Shown in pieces: positions 36,901-49,340 of a DNA stretch of 63,852 bases; the first letter of the stretch is position 1; the number at the start of each line of letters is the position of its first letter. A program made the position numbers and the translations under genes. The stretch comes from Sminthopsis crassicaudata (lineage: Eukaryota): positions 14,150,602-14,214,453 of the forward strand of contig NC_133619.1 of NCBI RefSeq assembly GCF_048593235.1, read 5' to 3'. The notes under the pieces are model-generated. The model searched no databases. It saw only the letters and a list, made by a program, of their open reading frames with translations, and was not told where the DNA came from.

Positions 36901-38199
36901 GAGCAATAACTAGGAGCTATTTTGCCTAACTGTATGCCAATAAATCTGATAATCTAAGTGAAACACATGAATATTTACAAAAATATAGATTGCCCATATT
37001 AATAGAGGAGGAAATAAATTACTTGAATAGGCCCATTTTAGAAAAAGAAATTGAACAATCTATTAATCAGCTCCCTGAGCAAAAATCTCCAGAGCCAAAT
37101 GGATTTGCATGTGAATTTTACCAAACATTTAAAGAACAATTAATTTCAATACTATGCAAACTATTTGGAAAAATAAGGAAAGGAGTCTTACCAAATTCTT
37201 TTTATGACATGATATGGTTCCAATACCTAAACCAGGTAGGGTCAAAACAGAGAAAGAAAATTACAAACCAATTTCCCTAATGAATGTTGATGCAAAAATC
37301 TTAAATAAAATATTGGCAAAGAGATTACAGTAAGTTGTCACTAGGATAATACACCATGACCAAGCAGGATTTATATCAGGAATTCAGGACTGGTTCAATA
37401 TTAGGAAATCATCAGCATTTCTATGTTACCAATAAAGTCCAGCAGCAAGTGATACAAAGAGAAATTTCACTTAAAATTACTATAGATAATATTTGGGAGT
37501 CTACTTACTAAGTCAAAGTTAGGAACTATATGTTCAAAACTACAAAACACTTTCCATACAAATAAAGTTAGATTTAAACAATTGGAAGAATACCAAGTGT
37601 TCATGGATAGGCCTAACTAATATAATAAAAATGACAATTCTACCTAAATTAATCTACATAGTACCATGCCAATAAAACACTCAAAATTATTTTAGAGAGC
37701 TAGAAAAAATAATAACAAAATTCATCTGGAAGAACAAAAAGTCAAGAACTTCAAAGGAATTAATGGGGAAAAAAAGCAAATGAAGGTGGCCTAGCTGTGC
37801 CAGACTTATTATAAAGTAGTGGTTATAAATTGATCAGCGGGATAGGTTAAGTTCACAAGACACAATAGTCAATGACTACAATAACCTAGTGTTTGATAAA
37901 CCCCAAAACCCCACTTTCTGGAATAAGAATTCACCATTGGACAAAAATTTCTGGGAAAATTGGAAATCAGCATGGCAGAAACTAGGCACTGATTCACACC
38001 TAACACCCTATACCAAGATAAGGTTGAAATGGGTTCATGATTTAGATGTAAAAAGTGATGCTAAGGGCAGCTATGTGGCCCAGTGAATAGAGCGCCAGCC
38101 CTGAATTCAAAAGGACCTGAGTGCAAATGTGACCTCAGATACTTAACACTTCTTAGCTGTATGATTGAGTAAGTCACTTAACTCCCAACAGCTTTAGCA

Positions 38200-38230
<31 letters not shown>

Positions 38231-38860
38231 CAAAACAAAACAAAACAAAAACAAGCAAACAAACAAAAACCAAAAAAAAGAGTGATGCTATAAGCAAATT
38301 AGAAGAACAAAGGATACCTCTCAGATCTGTAGAGAAGGAAAGAATTTGTGGCCAAAGAGGAAGTAGAGTATATTATGTTAGGCAAAATGGATAATATGAA
38401 GTTAAAAAGTTTTTGTACAAACAATACCAATGCAAACAGGAGTGAAGTGAGTAGAACCAAGAGATCATTGTACATAGCAATATGCTTATCAGAATTGATC
38501 AGCAGCAAGGTGATTCAGATCAGTTCCAATGTTCTTGTGATGAAGAGAGCCTTCTGCACCCAGAGAGAGGACTGTGGGAGCTGAATGTGGATAACAACAT
38601 AGCATTTTCACTCTTTCTGTTGTTCTTTGTTTGCTTTCCTTATTTTCCCCATTTTGATCTGATTTTTCTTGTGCAGCATGATACATGTGTAAATATGTAT
38701 AAAAGAATTGCAGATATTTAACATATATTGAATTACATGCTATCTAGGAAAGGGAGTGAGGGAAGGGAGAAAAATTTGGAACATAAGATTTTGCAAGGGT
38801 GAATGTTGAAAATTATCTATGCATAATTTTAAAAATAAAAAAAACTTTAATTAAAAAAAA
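33945..38860 (+). mobile_element. Degraded, internally deleted L1 (5'UTR, ORF1 from about 34491, partial EN and RT, C-terminus, 3'UTR, A tail)
   Basis: aagatggc start; ORF1 peptides KRKLEEKWGKEMRVLE and IRIIQDLAVSTLK; EN peptide KTDHVLGHK; RT peptide [20 protein letters not shown]; many stops and frameshifts; large parts of ORF2 missing. Confidence 0.95.
38064..38280 (+). mobile_element. WSINE1-type SINE inside L1 ORF2 with a (CAAAA)n tail
   Basis: TSD agtgatgcta at 38054-38063 and 38281-38290. Confidence 0.9.
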
Positions 38861-39625
38861 GAATAGAATTTAGAATTAGGAGAGATCTTAGAATCCTACA
38901 ACATAGGATGCTAGAGGTAAAAGGGATCAAAGAAATGTTGCAGCCCAAACTACTTGAGGAAACTAAGGCTGATATAATAAAGTGATTTGACAAAGATCAT
39001 GTCAGTAATCAAAGACAGAGCTAGGAATCAATCAGGTCCTCTGACTCTAGAAGAGTGAACCACATATTGAACTATGTTCTACTTCATCACAGAAAGTTGA
39101 CATTTTCATCCTTGCCCAAATACCTGGACTATTGGCTCATTTTACATCTGGTGTGCCGAAGTACAGTTCTGGCTCCTTAGACTCTATGGGATCCAATGAT
39201 CTCTCTTTTGTCTGCCATCTGTGCTACATGATCCACCCCTCATTTTGGCATATGATAGATGGATTCAGTCCCATCTTGCACTCCTGACCTCTCATATGTA
39301 AATCTATCATTTATTCCAGGGACCCTCTAATGTCTCCTGGTTTCTCGTGTCTACATAACACCTTCTAAAAAGTTGATCAAACAGTCTGATTTGCGTAAAG
39401 GATTAGTCAAACAAATGTTTTTGTTAAATATATTGGTCAAATACATCAAGGTTGGTTAATTGGTATAATTCCCACAAAGACACAATCTTATATAGAAAAT
39501 AATTATGTAAAACTAAACTCTAGTGTAGTCAGAACTCTAATCCTAGTCACTGACTCAGATGTATGCTGATGGAGAGGAAGTAAACTCCAAAACATTAATT
39601 CAAGGATGAAACAAGACTTACTCAC

Positions 39626-39676
39626 CACTCAGTTTCCTACTGATGTTACATGTACTAAGCTGTAAATACCGGTGAC
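39626..39676 (-). other. Candidate 51-nt exon
   Basis: Acceptor tttttttccag|G and donor GTG|gtgagtaagt; phase 0 hits a stop, phase 1 is open. Confidence 0.3.
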
Positions 39677-40514
39677 CTGGAAAAAAACCATTGGTACCCT
39701 GAGGGGGCACAGATGGATCATGCTCACATGGTTTCCCTTTCAGGTAGAGTCCAAGATGAAAACATGATATAGCCACACTACTTTCTTATGCAAAGGTTTT
39801 TGTGCATCGCAAGGATGCAGGATCTGGAGAAGCCAACTTTTTTTTTTTTTTTAAGGTGACCAGCCCTGCCCATTTTCTCATCCTGTTTGATTACTTGGCT
39901 TTCCTTTTCTCCCTTACCTTGGAGCAATAACCCTATTTCTTTTCTTCCTTTGATTGTATATTCTAAATGTAATCATAGACTCAGTGAACTTGTCAAGACT
40001 TATAAAACCAAAAGGGATCTTTTTTTACTTTAGTAAAAAAGAAATAAAAATACCTCCTAATATGAATCATGAATATGAATAGTGATAAAGTCATGTAGAT
40101 AGGATATATAGGAAGTAATGCAGGGTATTGGAAGAAGCTTTGTATTTTGCTTCAGGGAGGCCCGTATTCAAGTACTGTGGGGCCATGGCCAAGGCATGTA
40201 TGCCCTGAGTCTCAGTTTCTCCCATCTGTAAAATGTGTATTATACTAATACTACTAATCTCACAAAATTGTTGAGGGATCAAAAGAGATTTTATATGTGA
40301 AGTGCTTGGCAAACCTTAAAACACAATAGGAATGTCAGTTCTAATTAGTTGTTAGTTAATAAGCATTTATTAAGGGCCTGCTATGTTCCAGGAACTGTTC
40401 TAAGCACTAGGGATACAAGAAAGGACAAAGACAGTCCCTACCCATAAAAAGCACACAATTTAATGGGAGAATCAAAAAAGAAACAAATATGGACAAATAA
40501 TCTATAGGTCAGAG

Positions 40515-41065
40515 TGTTAGGTTCTTACTAAGTGCTAAATTAGTACTTAATAATTCTCTAGCTCAGAATTCACACCTTTAGTTCAAACCTTTAAGGGAGT
40601 TTTCACCTTGAAGGAATACTTTAAAGAAGCAAGTTCATTGGTTGAAGGAGTTCCCACAAGCCCCTGCAGTACCCACAAGCCCATTCTCTGGGAGGATAAA
40701 AAGAGGCAACATTGAGTCTGAAGAATAGTCTAGACTGGGACATTGAGTTTCCACGGCAGTCTGGAAGGAGAGAATCAGTCAAGATTGGGATAAGAACAAG
40801 AGCTGGAGGAGATTCAGAACCAGGATTCAGGAAGAAGAAGAGGATTGGAGATTCTACCTTCGCTCTGGCTGGAGGCTCCAGAAGCCTCCCAAGAAACCTG
40901 CTCACAGAGAAAAGGATTCATACAGAGAGAAGGATTTTACAGAAAAGAGACCTCCTCCCAGAGAAAGATTACAATGGAGAGACGATAGGACATTACAATT
41001 TGGCACCCAGCTTGGGGCAAGGACTTATTCTGAGCCCATCAGAGGAGCTAGCCTGGACCTTCACA
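40515..41065 (+). mobile_element. ERV LTR insertion (class II-like) that includes a PBS and short leader
   Basis: TG at 40515, CA at 41064-65, 6-bp TSD TCAGAG at 40509-14 and 41066-71; internal CA at 40996-97 followed by a PBS. Confidence 0.85.
41001..41018 (+). promoter_or_regulatory. Primer-binding site, tRNA-Lys(CUU)-type
   Basis: TGGCACCCAGCTTGGGGC versus canonical TGGCGCCCAACGTGGGGC (15/18), 3 nt after an LTR-like ACA end. Confidence 0.8.
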
Positions 41066-41955
41066 TCAGAGAAATAGGAAATTAATAGACAGATGACCCT
41101 GGAATTAAAAGGAATTTGGAAAGACTTCTTTTGGAAGTTGAAATTTTATTTGAGGTTTTAAGGAAATCAGAAGTGGAGATGAGGAGGGAGAACTTTCCAA
41201 GCATGGGGTTCAGTCAAAAAAAAGTGTCTGGAAGTGAGAGGGAGTGTCTTGTTCAAAGAACAACAAAAATACCAATATCACTGGATCAAAGTGTGTTTGT
41301 GTGTTTTTGGAGGAGGGAGAGGTTAGGAAAGTCTCTGATGTCAAATAGAGGATTTTGTAGTTGATCCTGAAGATGATAGAAACTGGAACTGATAGAAAAC
41401 AAGCTTCCATACTTCCAACTGGAGTATGGCAGTGACATGATGTGACATGGGTTTGAGAAAAATCACTTTGACAGATGAATGGAGGATAGAATGGAATAGG
41501 AAGAGACTTGTCACAGGCAGATCCCCAGTAGTCTATTGTGTGAAGTGATGATAATTATGGAATGAGCTGTCCTTTAAATCTCCTTTAGAAAAATGGTACA
41601 AACTATCACAGTCTTACTATGTCATTTGACTAATAAGATGATCTTTCATGAGGTTTTTCAAGACTCAGAAAAGATAGTATATGAAAGCACTTATGAAAAA
41701 ATTACTCATAGGAAGTCTAGTGCTAAAGTGCTTATATTCACAGCCATCTATAGAATTTCATAGAATAATAGAATTACACAGTTGGAGCAAGTCTTAGCAG
41801 TTATCTAGTTCAACTATTAAGCTAAGTTTGTGTCTTCTAAAGCAATCCTAAACATCTTTTGACTGGACACCCAGTAACGGGCAACTTACTATCCTTAAAG
41901 AAAGCTCATTCCATTTGGGGACAACTTATGTTATATAAAATGAAATGAAATATTT

Positions 41956-42287
41956 TTTTATTTTGTTTTTTATTAATTTTTATAATTATAACATTTTCGT
42001 TGACAGTACATATGCATAGGTAATTTTTTTTTTTTACAACATTATCCTTTGTACTCCCTTCTGTTCCAAATTTTTCCCCTCCTTCCCTCCACCCCCTCCC
42101 GTAGATGGCAGGCATTCCCATACATATTAAATATCTTATAGTATATCCTAGGTACAATATATATGTGCAGAACCGAGTTTTGTTGTTGTTGTTGTTGCAA
42201 AGGAAGACTTGCATTCCAAAGGAAAAATAATCTGGGAAGAAAAACAAAACAAAACAAAACAAAAAACAATGCTCACAGTTTACACTC
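41956..42287 (-). mobile_element. Young L1 3' end with 14-bp TSD
   Basis: TSD gaaatgaaatattt at 41942-41955 and 42288-42301; same subfamily as 50790-50990. Confidence 0.92.
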
Positions 42288-42901
42288 GAAATGAAATATT
42301 TATAAAATATTTTAACACAATACTTGACATATAGTATTTAGTTCAATAAACATTTATTAAGTGCCTACTATGTACCAGGCAACGTACAGTCTTTTCACTC
42401 AAGGAAATTGCATTCCAGTAGGGGGAAGACATTTTACCAAAGTCCAATATCAAAAACTAAATCAATTAAAATGATGATGAGAACACAGTAAAAAACCCCC
42501 AATAATAAATAATAATATAAATAAATGTAATAATATTAATAATTATATTATATATAAATTATAACATATAATATAAATACATATAAATTAAAATAAATTT
42601 AAAAATAAAGTAAGCATTTAATAAATGCTTATTTTCTCCCTCCTTCATATGGCCCCACAGAGGGACTCTGTTGTCTAAAGACCAGCTTAATTTAGTATGC
42701 AAATACCTCTTACCAAAAGGGTAGCTTCAGAGGATGCATTAGTTTTGAAATATGGTGATTACTTAAATCAATTGCTGAAAAAAACTCTTCAGTTCTATGT
42801 GACTCCCTTCAACTTCTGCAGTGACAGTGATTCAATAGCATAAGGATCAGAGCAGGCTAAAAATCAGAAAATCTGTTTACTACCTCGAAGTACCAATTTA
42901 C

Positions 42902-43053
42902 CCATTGGTGCTCTTGACATACAATCTTTTTCCAGTGATCAATGATGGCCCGTGCTTCTGGAGGAACGAAATCACGTTGGTTTTCAAAGTCTTGCCACAA
43001 ATGAAAGTGGAAGAGTAGAAGTTTCCGCCCCATGGAAAAATGGTTCCCAGGTT
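42902..43053 (-). CDS. Candidate coding exon (PGNHFSMGRKLLLFHFHLWQDFENQRDFVPPEARAIIDHWKKIVCQEHQW)
   Basis: Acceptor cccttttgtctttctgaaaag|A, donor TGG|gtaaat, 152 nt with 50 open codons; three of four CpGs fall in Arg codons. Not recognised. Confidence 0.4.
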
Positions 43054-44009
43054 CTTTTCAGAAAGACAAAAGGGATGCAAGAACTGGCTTCATCAAGCAC
43101 CCAAAGGTCATTAGATCCATCATTCTGTGAGGTACTTGACTCATCTTGGCCAGCACTGCTCACACTGAGCACAATCTCCCCTTAAATGGAGAAGAGAGAT
43201 TTATAAGCCAGCTTTCAAGCCCCACTGGTTAAGACTTGAGAAAGATGTGGGTCATTTTTCAAATGGTTTTGTGTTGAATATCTTTAATTTGGATCACTGG
43301 CACATAGTTGTTTGTGCAATCTAAATGTGACAAATGAACAATATGTTTCTAGAGGAGATCCAAATGAATGCTCAAGCTATGAACCTGCTGCTGACATCAA
43401 CAAGGCTGTGGGGAAATGTCAGTACTATTTATTATAGTTGTATCACATAAGACCTTGGGTTAGGGGTAGAGAGAAATTCAATTAAGATTGCTTAAACTTC
43501 AATAGCAATAAGAGGAAGGTAAACATAGACTGTGGTTTACATTTTACAAATCAAAAGATCAAGGAACGGGAGTTCTAACTAGATATGCTTGTAGCAAAGG
43601 CAAGCATAACCCTCTTAGCTTGAATCTTCCTAGAATTATGGCGTGCCCAAGGCATGAAGCATGGCATTCAATATAAACAATATGGTGCTATAAAATGGCA
43701 TTTATTTGAATAGGTTTTATTTGCTCAAAATCATTTTAAGTGGTTCTATTTTAAAATCTTTTGATTGATGAGGGAGAGAAAAATTATTTCTTATTCCAGA
43801 TAATAGGTAAAGATATGAAATCCTAAACAGCAAATTTGTTTTTCTACATGGCAACCATCTCTTCTTAAATGTAGTTTCCTGTTACTTCAGATACCTTCTA
43901 TTAAGTTCTTAAGTAAAATTGTCTGCTGGGTTTAACAGTAAAGAAAAGAAGTTTGTGTTGAGTGCCATTTCGCCTCTTATCAGCTCCTTTCTGTCAAATA
44001 ATCATAATC

Positions 44010-44230
44010 ATAATAATACAATACCTATTTATTTGGTGTTTAAACTTTGCAAAATACCTTGTATAATTGTCTTCTTTAATTCTCAAAACATATCACAAGG
44101 TAGATATTATTATTCTTCCCATTTCATAGATGAGGAAGATGAGATTCTGAGAAGTTAAAATAGCTTGCAGTTGGTCCCAGATCTTCTTGATTCCAGATCC
44201 AGTGTTCCAATCCATCACCATATTACTTCT
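44010..44230 (-). mobile_element. MIR SINE
   Basis: taaactttgcaaaatacc...cccatttcatagatgaggaagatgag. Confidence 0.7.
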
Positions 44231-45663
44231 TCCCTGATCCGGAAGCTTATTTCTGCTCTGTGCTGGTTGCCAATAATTACTGATACAGTTTTAATGGCTA
44301 ATTAAGGAGTAATTAAGAAGCAAGAGGCTGCATTTATAAAAAAGGAATTTTAAAAACTGTATACTTTCAAGAGCCCAGAGGAATAAGTTCAAAGGGAAAT
44401 GACAATGTGGTGATTTGGGGGGGGGGATTAAGGATTTTGCCTGTTGTTCCTCCAAACATACAATATTAGTAGTCATCTACAATGTTTCCATCAAACTGGC
44501 CAGCTATGATAGTGGGGAAGTCTAAAGAGAGGCACCTGGATGAACAAAGGATCTCCTGCTTCTTGGAATCTTTTTCAGTCTAGGAGACTTCTATGTCTGA
44601 AGGTGGAGCCACATATTTTGGTTGGATTGTTGACTATGAAGAGGAGACTCAGAGTGTTGAGTTCTTACTGTGCTGGATGCCAGGATTAGCAGTTCAAGCT
44701 TTGTGAATGAAGTTTTCCACTCCCAATAGTGGAGGAGAGAAGTCTCAAGATCTACTAAGTTTGGGCCAACATTTTTAATAGAACTATGAGGATCCTCATT
44801 TGGTCAACCAATTCCAGATCCCATACCAATGATCACAAACATGTAAACACACACACACACACATAATACACACTATGCATCCCAGTTATTCAATCCAACT
44901 CAGCAAATATTTATTAAATGCCTACTATAGCATATATTATATGTAATACTGTACATATATACAATATATAGTATGCAATATATAATATTATAATTAATAT
45001 AATATAATTAATATTATATGACATGATATAATACAATATAAGATAAGATATAATATTAGATATAATATAGATATAATAGCAAGTGCTAGGACACAAATAT
45101 ATCCCTGCTCTCCAGGAGCTTACATTGTCCTTGGAGGAATCCAACATGTACTTCACCAGTAAATACAAAGTATCTGCATGTTACTTTCTAAAAGAGACTG
45201 GTAAAAAGGTGGTAACAGTGAGATCCAGGGGCTTTCCAGAGACAGATATGAATTGTATTTGATTCTAAACTCATGATAATTTCTAAGGGGATTCAAAAGG
45301 TCTAACTATTCAGTCAACAAGTCTTTAATGAGAACCTACTATGTACAAGTCACTGAGAATACATAGACAAAAAAGATCCTGCCCTCAGAGAGTTTACATT
45401 TTATGAAAAATCTAAATATCTTTTTGAATCCAACAAGCAAGATACTCACTAAGTCTACTCACATTCATTACCACCCAGGGATTGCAAGAATTAAGATTCT
45501 CCAGATTTTCTCTTTCTCCATCTGCTACAAATTGTCACCTCAAGGCACAGTTGTGACAATGACTTTTCCCTCAGTCATATTTCTTATGCAAGATGTCTGG
45601 TTGTTGTGATTGATTGTATGCCGAGAGGCAGTGTGATAAAATGTCAAATTTAGGATCAGAGTG

Positions 45664-45920
45664 AGCTGGATGGTTCAGTGGGTAGAACCCTGGGTTTGGA
45701 GTCAGGAAATCCTGAATTTCAGGCCAGCCTCAGATACTTACTAAGTATGTGAGCCTGGGAAAATCACTTAACCTCTTTTTTTCTGTAAAACGGGGATAAT
45801 AATAAATAACATCTACCTCACAAGGTTGTTTTGAGGATCAAATAAAATAATATTTGTTTAAAAAAAAGCATATAACACAGCTTGGCACATAATAGATGCT
45901 ATCTAAATGCTTATTCCTTT
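45664..45920 (+). mobile_element. MIR-family SINE nested in an older MIR3
   Basis: gctggatggttcagtgggtagaaccctgggtttggagtcagg...cagcttggcacataatagatgct...atgcttattcc. Confidence 0.8.
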
Positions 45921-47014
45921 CCATTAGAGGATCTGGATTTAAATTTCAGTTCTGCTATTTCCTACCTATGTGACATTGGACAAGTCATTTCCCTTTAAGG
46001 GCTGGAAAATTAAAGAAGCTTGGGTAGTTAATCCCTTCAGTTCAAGAAGGCTATTTTATGCCATGGTTTTAGTATCAGGAGTTCAGAGCTTGATGAATTT
46101 GCAGTTTATGTGGAATTCTTGCTGCAATCTCACTTCTGTCTTTGCTGCCTTCTGAGTGGATACCTGCTTGCTCTGCAGCAGCAGCAGCAGCAGTTACACA
46201 GAAATGCAACGTTTGCATGCAAGGAATAATTGCTGGCCACAGTCCAAGACCCTGGTGCTGTTTTGCCAGCACCCCTTCCCCCAAGGCGTTGGGAGCTGTC
46301 ATTTAGCACCACCTGGTCCTCATGAAATGTGCTTCATCCAGACAGTGCTGTTGTTCAAAGCCTTGTCTTGTTGCTGGAGAAAACTGTTTGTGGATGGAGG
46401 CAGTGTGAGATTTATGGGATGCCAGATTCTTTAAAGGTGGAAGGTACCTTAGGGATGGACTAGTCCTATTTCCTCCTCCCTCATTTACAAGCCTCGGCTT
46501 GGTTTGTTTAAGTCACACAATTGGTCAGTGACAAATCCTGGACCAGGAGCTGTATGAGGAAGGACATGCTGGTGAGACTTCTTGTCTCCTGATGCTCAGT
46601 ATTTCCATCCCACCCCAGGGCTCTGTGTTGATTCCAACACATCTAACCAACATTTATTAAATATTTACATTATGCAAAATACTGAGAATACAATGACAAA
46701 AAATTGCACCTTGAATTCCAAGGGACTGATACCAACCTTTTTTTGTTTTGTTTTTAAAGAACACAGCCCTGGATTAATCAACAAACACTCATTAAGCAGT
46801 TTTTTTTTGCAAAGCACTTTGCTCAGGGCTAGGGATACAGGTACAATAAAGATCATCCCAACTCACTTTGCTCCACCAGGTGAAACAAGAGCTTATACAG
46901 CATTCCCCAAATACTATTAGAGAGACAAAATCCTGAACAAGTATATAGAGAAGAAATATGAATAGAGAGAAGGTAGTTACAGAGAGAGAGCTCTAGCAGT
47001 TGGGAGGAACTGAA

Positions 47015-47235
47015 AGGGTTTTTAGCCTATGATGGGTTCATGAATCCCCAGAAGGCAGGCTGCTGAAGCTTGTGCACCCCTTCACAGAATCATATTTTTA
47101 AATAACTGAAGGAAATACTGTTTTAGTTAATGAAAGCAAAGATGTAATTACTTCCTTCCCCACCTCCACTCCCATTCAACTTCACAGAGCTCTTGAAATC
47201 AGTCCAGGGATTCTAGAGGCCAGGTTAAGAATCTT
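47015..47235. mobile_element. hAT-Charlie-like relic
   Basis: agggtttttagcct...ccccttcacagaatcatatttttaaataact...ccaggttaagaatc. Confidence 0.55.
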
Positions 47236-47239
47236 TAAT

Positions 47240-47640
47240 AACAGCAAGATTATAGGATGATCAATTCTGATGGACTCTCTTCAACAGTGAGGTGATTCAG
47301 ACCAGTTCTAATGATGGAGAGAGCCATCTGCACCCCCAGAGAGAGAATTGTGGGAACTGAGTACGGATCACAACATTGTATTTTCACTTTTTTGGTTGTT
47401 CTTTGCTTCCATTTTGTTTTCTTTCTCATTTTAAAAAAAAATTTTTGATCTGATTTTACTTGTGCAGCAGACTAATTGTAGAAATATGTATAGAAAAATT
47501 GCACGTTTAGCATATATTGGATTACTTGCCTTCTAGGGGGAAGGGAGGGACAAAAAATTTGGAACACAAGGGTTTACAAGGATGAATGTTGAAAATTATC
47601 TATGCATATGTTTGGAAAATAAAAAGTTTTAATAAAAAAG
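47240..47640 (+). mobile_element. L1 3' end
   Basis: tgatcaattctgatgg...gagagccatctgcac...gaatgttgaaaattatctatgcatatg. Confidence 0.85.
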
Positions 47641-47819
47641 TTTTAAAAAACCCTTGATGGAGGAGTTAGAGCTGTGCTTTGAAGAAAAGAGGTATTCTAT
47701 GAGATTCTTGTGCAAGAAAATGTGGGAGGTACAGATTTTTTTTAAAAGGAGAAGCTTGCTTATTCCTGAAAAACTATCACATTAGAGGATAAAAACTTTG
47801 GCCTTTTGTTGTAAATGTA

Positions 47820-48070
47820 TTTTAGTGATATAGTATCAACAAGATCTGGGGGAGTTTTGGAGTCAGGAATTCCTGATTTCAAATCTAACTTCAGACACTT
47901 ATTAGATGTGTGACCCTGACAAGTCTCGTAAATTCTGTCTACCTCAGTTTCTTCATCTGAAAATGTGTATAAAAATAGTAATAACTCTTTAGGCATGTTG
48001 CAAAGATCAGATGAGATAACATATGTAAAGTGCTTTGAGAACTTTAAAATGTCACATGCTCAACTAATAT
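47820..48070 (+). mobile_element. MIR SINE
   Basis: ttttggagtcagg...ctcagtttcttcatctgaaaatg...gagataacatatgtaaagtgctttg. Confidence 0.75.
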
Positions 48071-49199
48071 TATTTTTTAAAATTGGACTAAGCTATTAGA
48101 CATCTTTTGTTCTTTCCCAGTTCAAAGGTTATTCTTTTAGGCAGGTCAATAGAAGGCATATAGTAACTGAGTAGCTCAGCTTTCTCTTTATTATATTATC
48201 TTCCTATCCAATCCAACAGTGGTCCTATTTTCTCTCTGATTTTCCTTTTCACTAATACAGCTTTAAAAATATTCTTGTTGCCTCAGCTTTCCTCAACATC
48301 TAGTACTCATTGTAAACTAAAGCAATCTTGACACTTTAGTGCCAAACCGTGAATTTTGTTATTCATTTTCTGCTATCTGCCCTTGCTTTTGCCTTCTGAA
48401 TAAATGTTGCTAAAATCAACATTAGTTGGAAAGTTCTGTGTGTATCAACATTTTAAAAAGATAATTCCTCTTTTACTCTACATTGGTATAGTTCCAGCCT
48501 TTGGAACAAACTAGGTAATTTTTTTTAATGCACAGAAGAAAACAGAAGAAGCCAGAAAGAATCACAGAAAGCTCATAAGAAATCTTTAAAAGTTTCATGT
48601 TGAATGTATCATGTATTTTAAAAGAAAAACAGACTATACATAATAGAGATCCAAAGTGTCATATGCAACCCTCTTTGTTGGTCATTTTCTAAATATATAT
48701 GCACACACACATATAGAAATTCCCATTTCATTTGGGGTTTATTAAGTGTAAAATAATAAAAGATACATTTTAAATACCAAAAAAATTGGGGGTAAGGATA
48801 TATTGAGATTTTAATTTTAAAGAATCTAGCAAGAACTCTTTTCTAGCTATCAGCAGTGAATGAGTAGGCAATGGCTATAAAATGATAGGAGTTTGGTCAA
48901 CTGAGGTGGAAGCAATTTGAGGAAGGTTAAAGTCATAGCAATTGCCAGCACTGATGGCTGTATGATTCTTTTGGGTTTGCCAAGTGTTTGCTTTATATCT
49001 TGTCATTTAGTTCTTATAAAGCATCTATGAGTTATGGGGAGCTCCCTATATCAATATAATCCCAATTCTCATTCCTATACCGAAGAGATCTATAAGGCAT
49101 ACAATTCTTATTATCCCTCATTTATACATGGGGAAATACATATATATATATATACATACTAATGCATATATATATATATGCACACACACATATATATAT

Positions 49200-49340
49200 A
49201 ATACATGAATAACTGTCTTTCAATATTGTTGGCTCTTTTTAAAAAATCCTATATATTTTGTTTAAATATTTAAAAACATGATTCTGAAAAAGGGTCCAGA
49301 CTGCCTAAGGGATCTATGGCACAAAACCAAAAGAATAAGC
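49200..49340. mobile_element. Charlie-like hAT relic (same family as 4797)
   Basis: atttaaaaacatgattctgaaaaagggtccagactgcctaagggatctatggcacaa. Confidence 0.55.

Larger units (their letters stand above)
40360..41560 (-). mobile_element. L2 3' region, host of the LTR insertion
   Basis: aagcatttattaagggcctgctatgttccagg terminus; L2-like sequence resumes after 41071. Confidence 0.7.

Noticed and set aside
33945-38860. L1 as an active element, and ORFs antisense to it
   Set aside because: Both ORFs are broken by stops, frameshifts and deletions; the antisense ORFs have no independent support.
33935-38873. Possible TSD agaatgggatttag / agaatagaatttag around the long L1
   Set aside because: Only 11/14 identical; the left copy overlaps the L1 5' end and the right copy is explained by an adjacent MIR3 tail.
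40621-41077. 121-aa and 94-aa ORFs in the LTR as gag or an accessory gene
   Set aside because: They lie within the LTR, upstream of or across the PBS, and have no retroviral motifs.
44480-44830. Possible CR1 ORF2 relic
   Set aside because: Only vague similarity; no diagnostic peptide motif found by eye.
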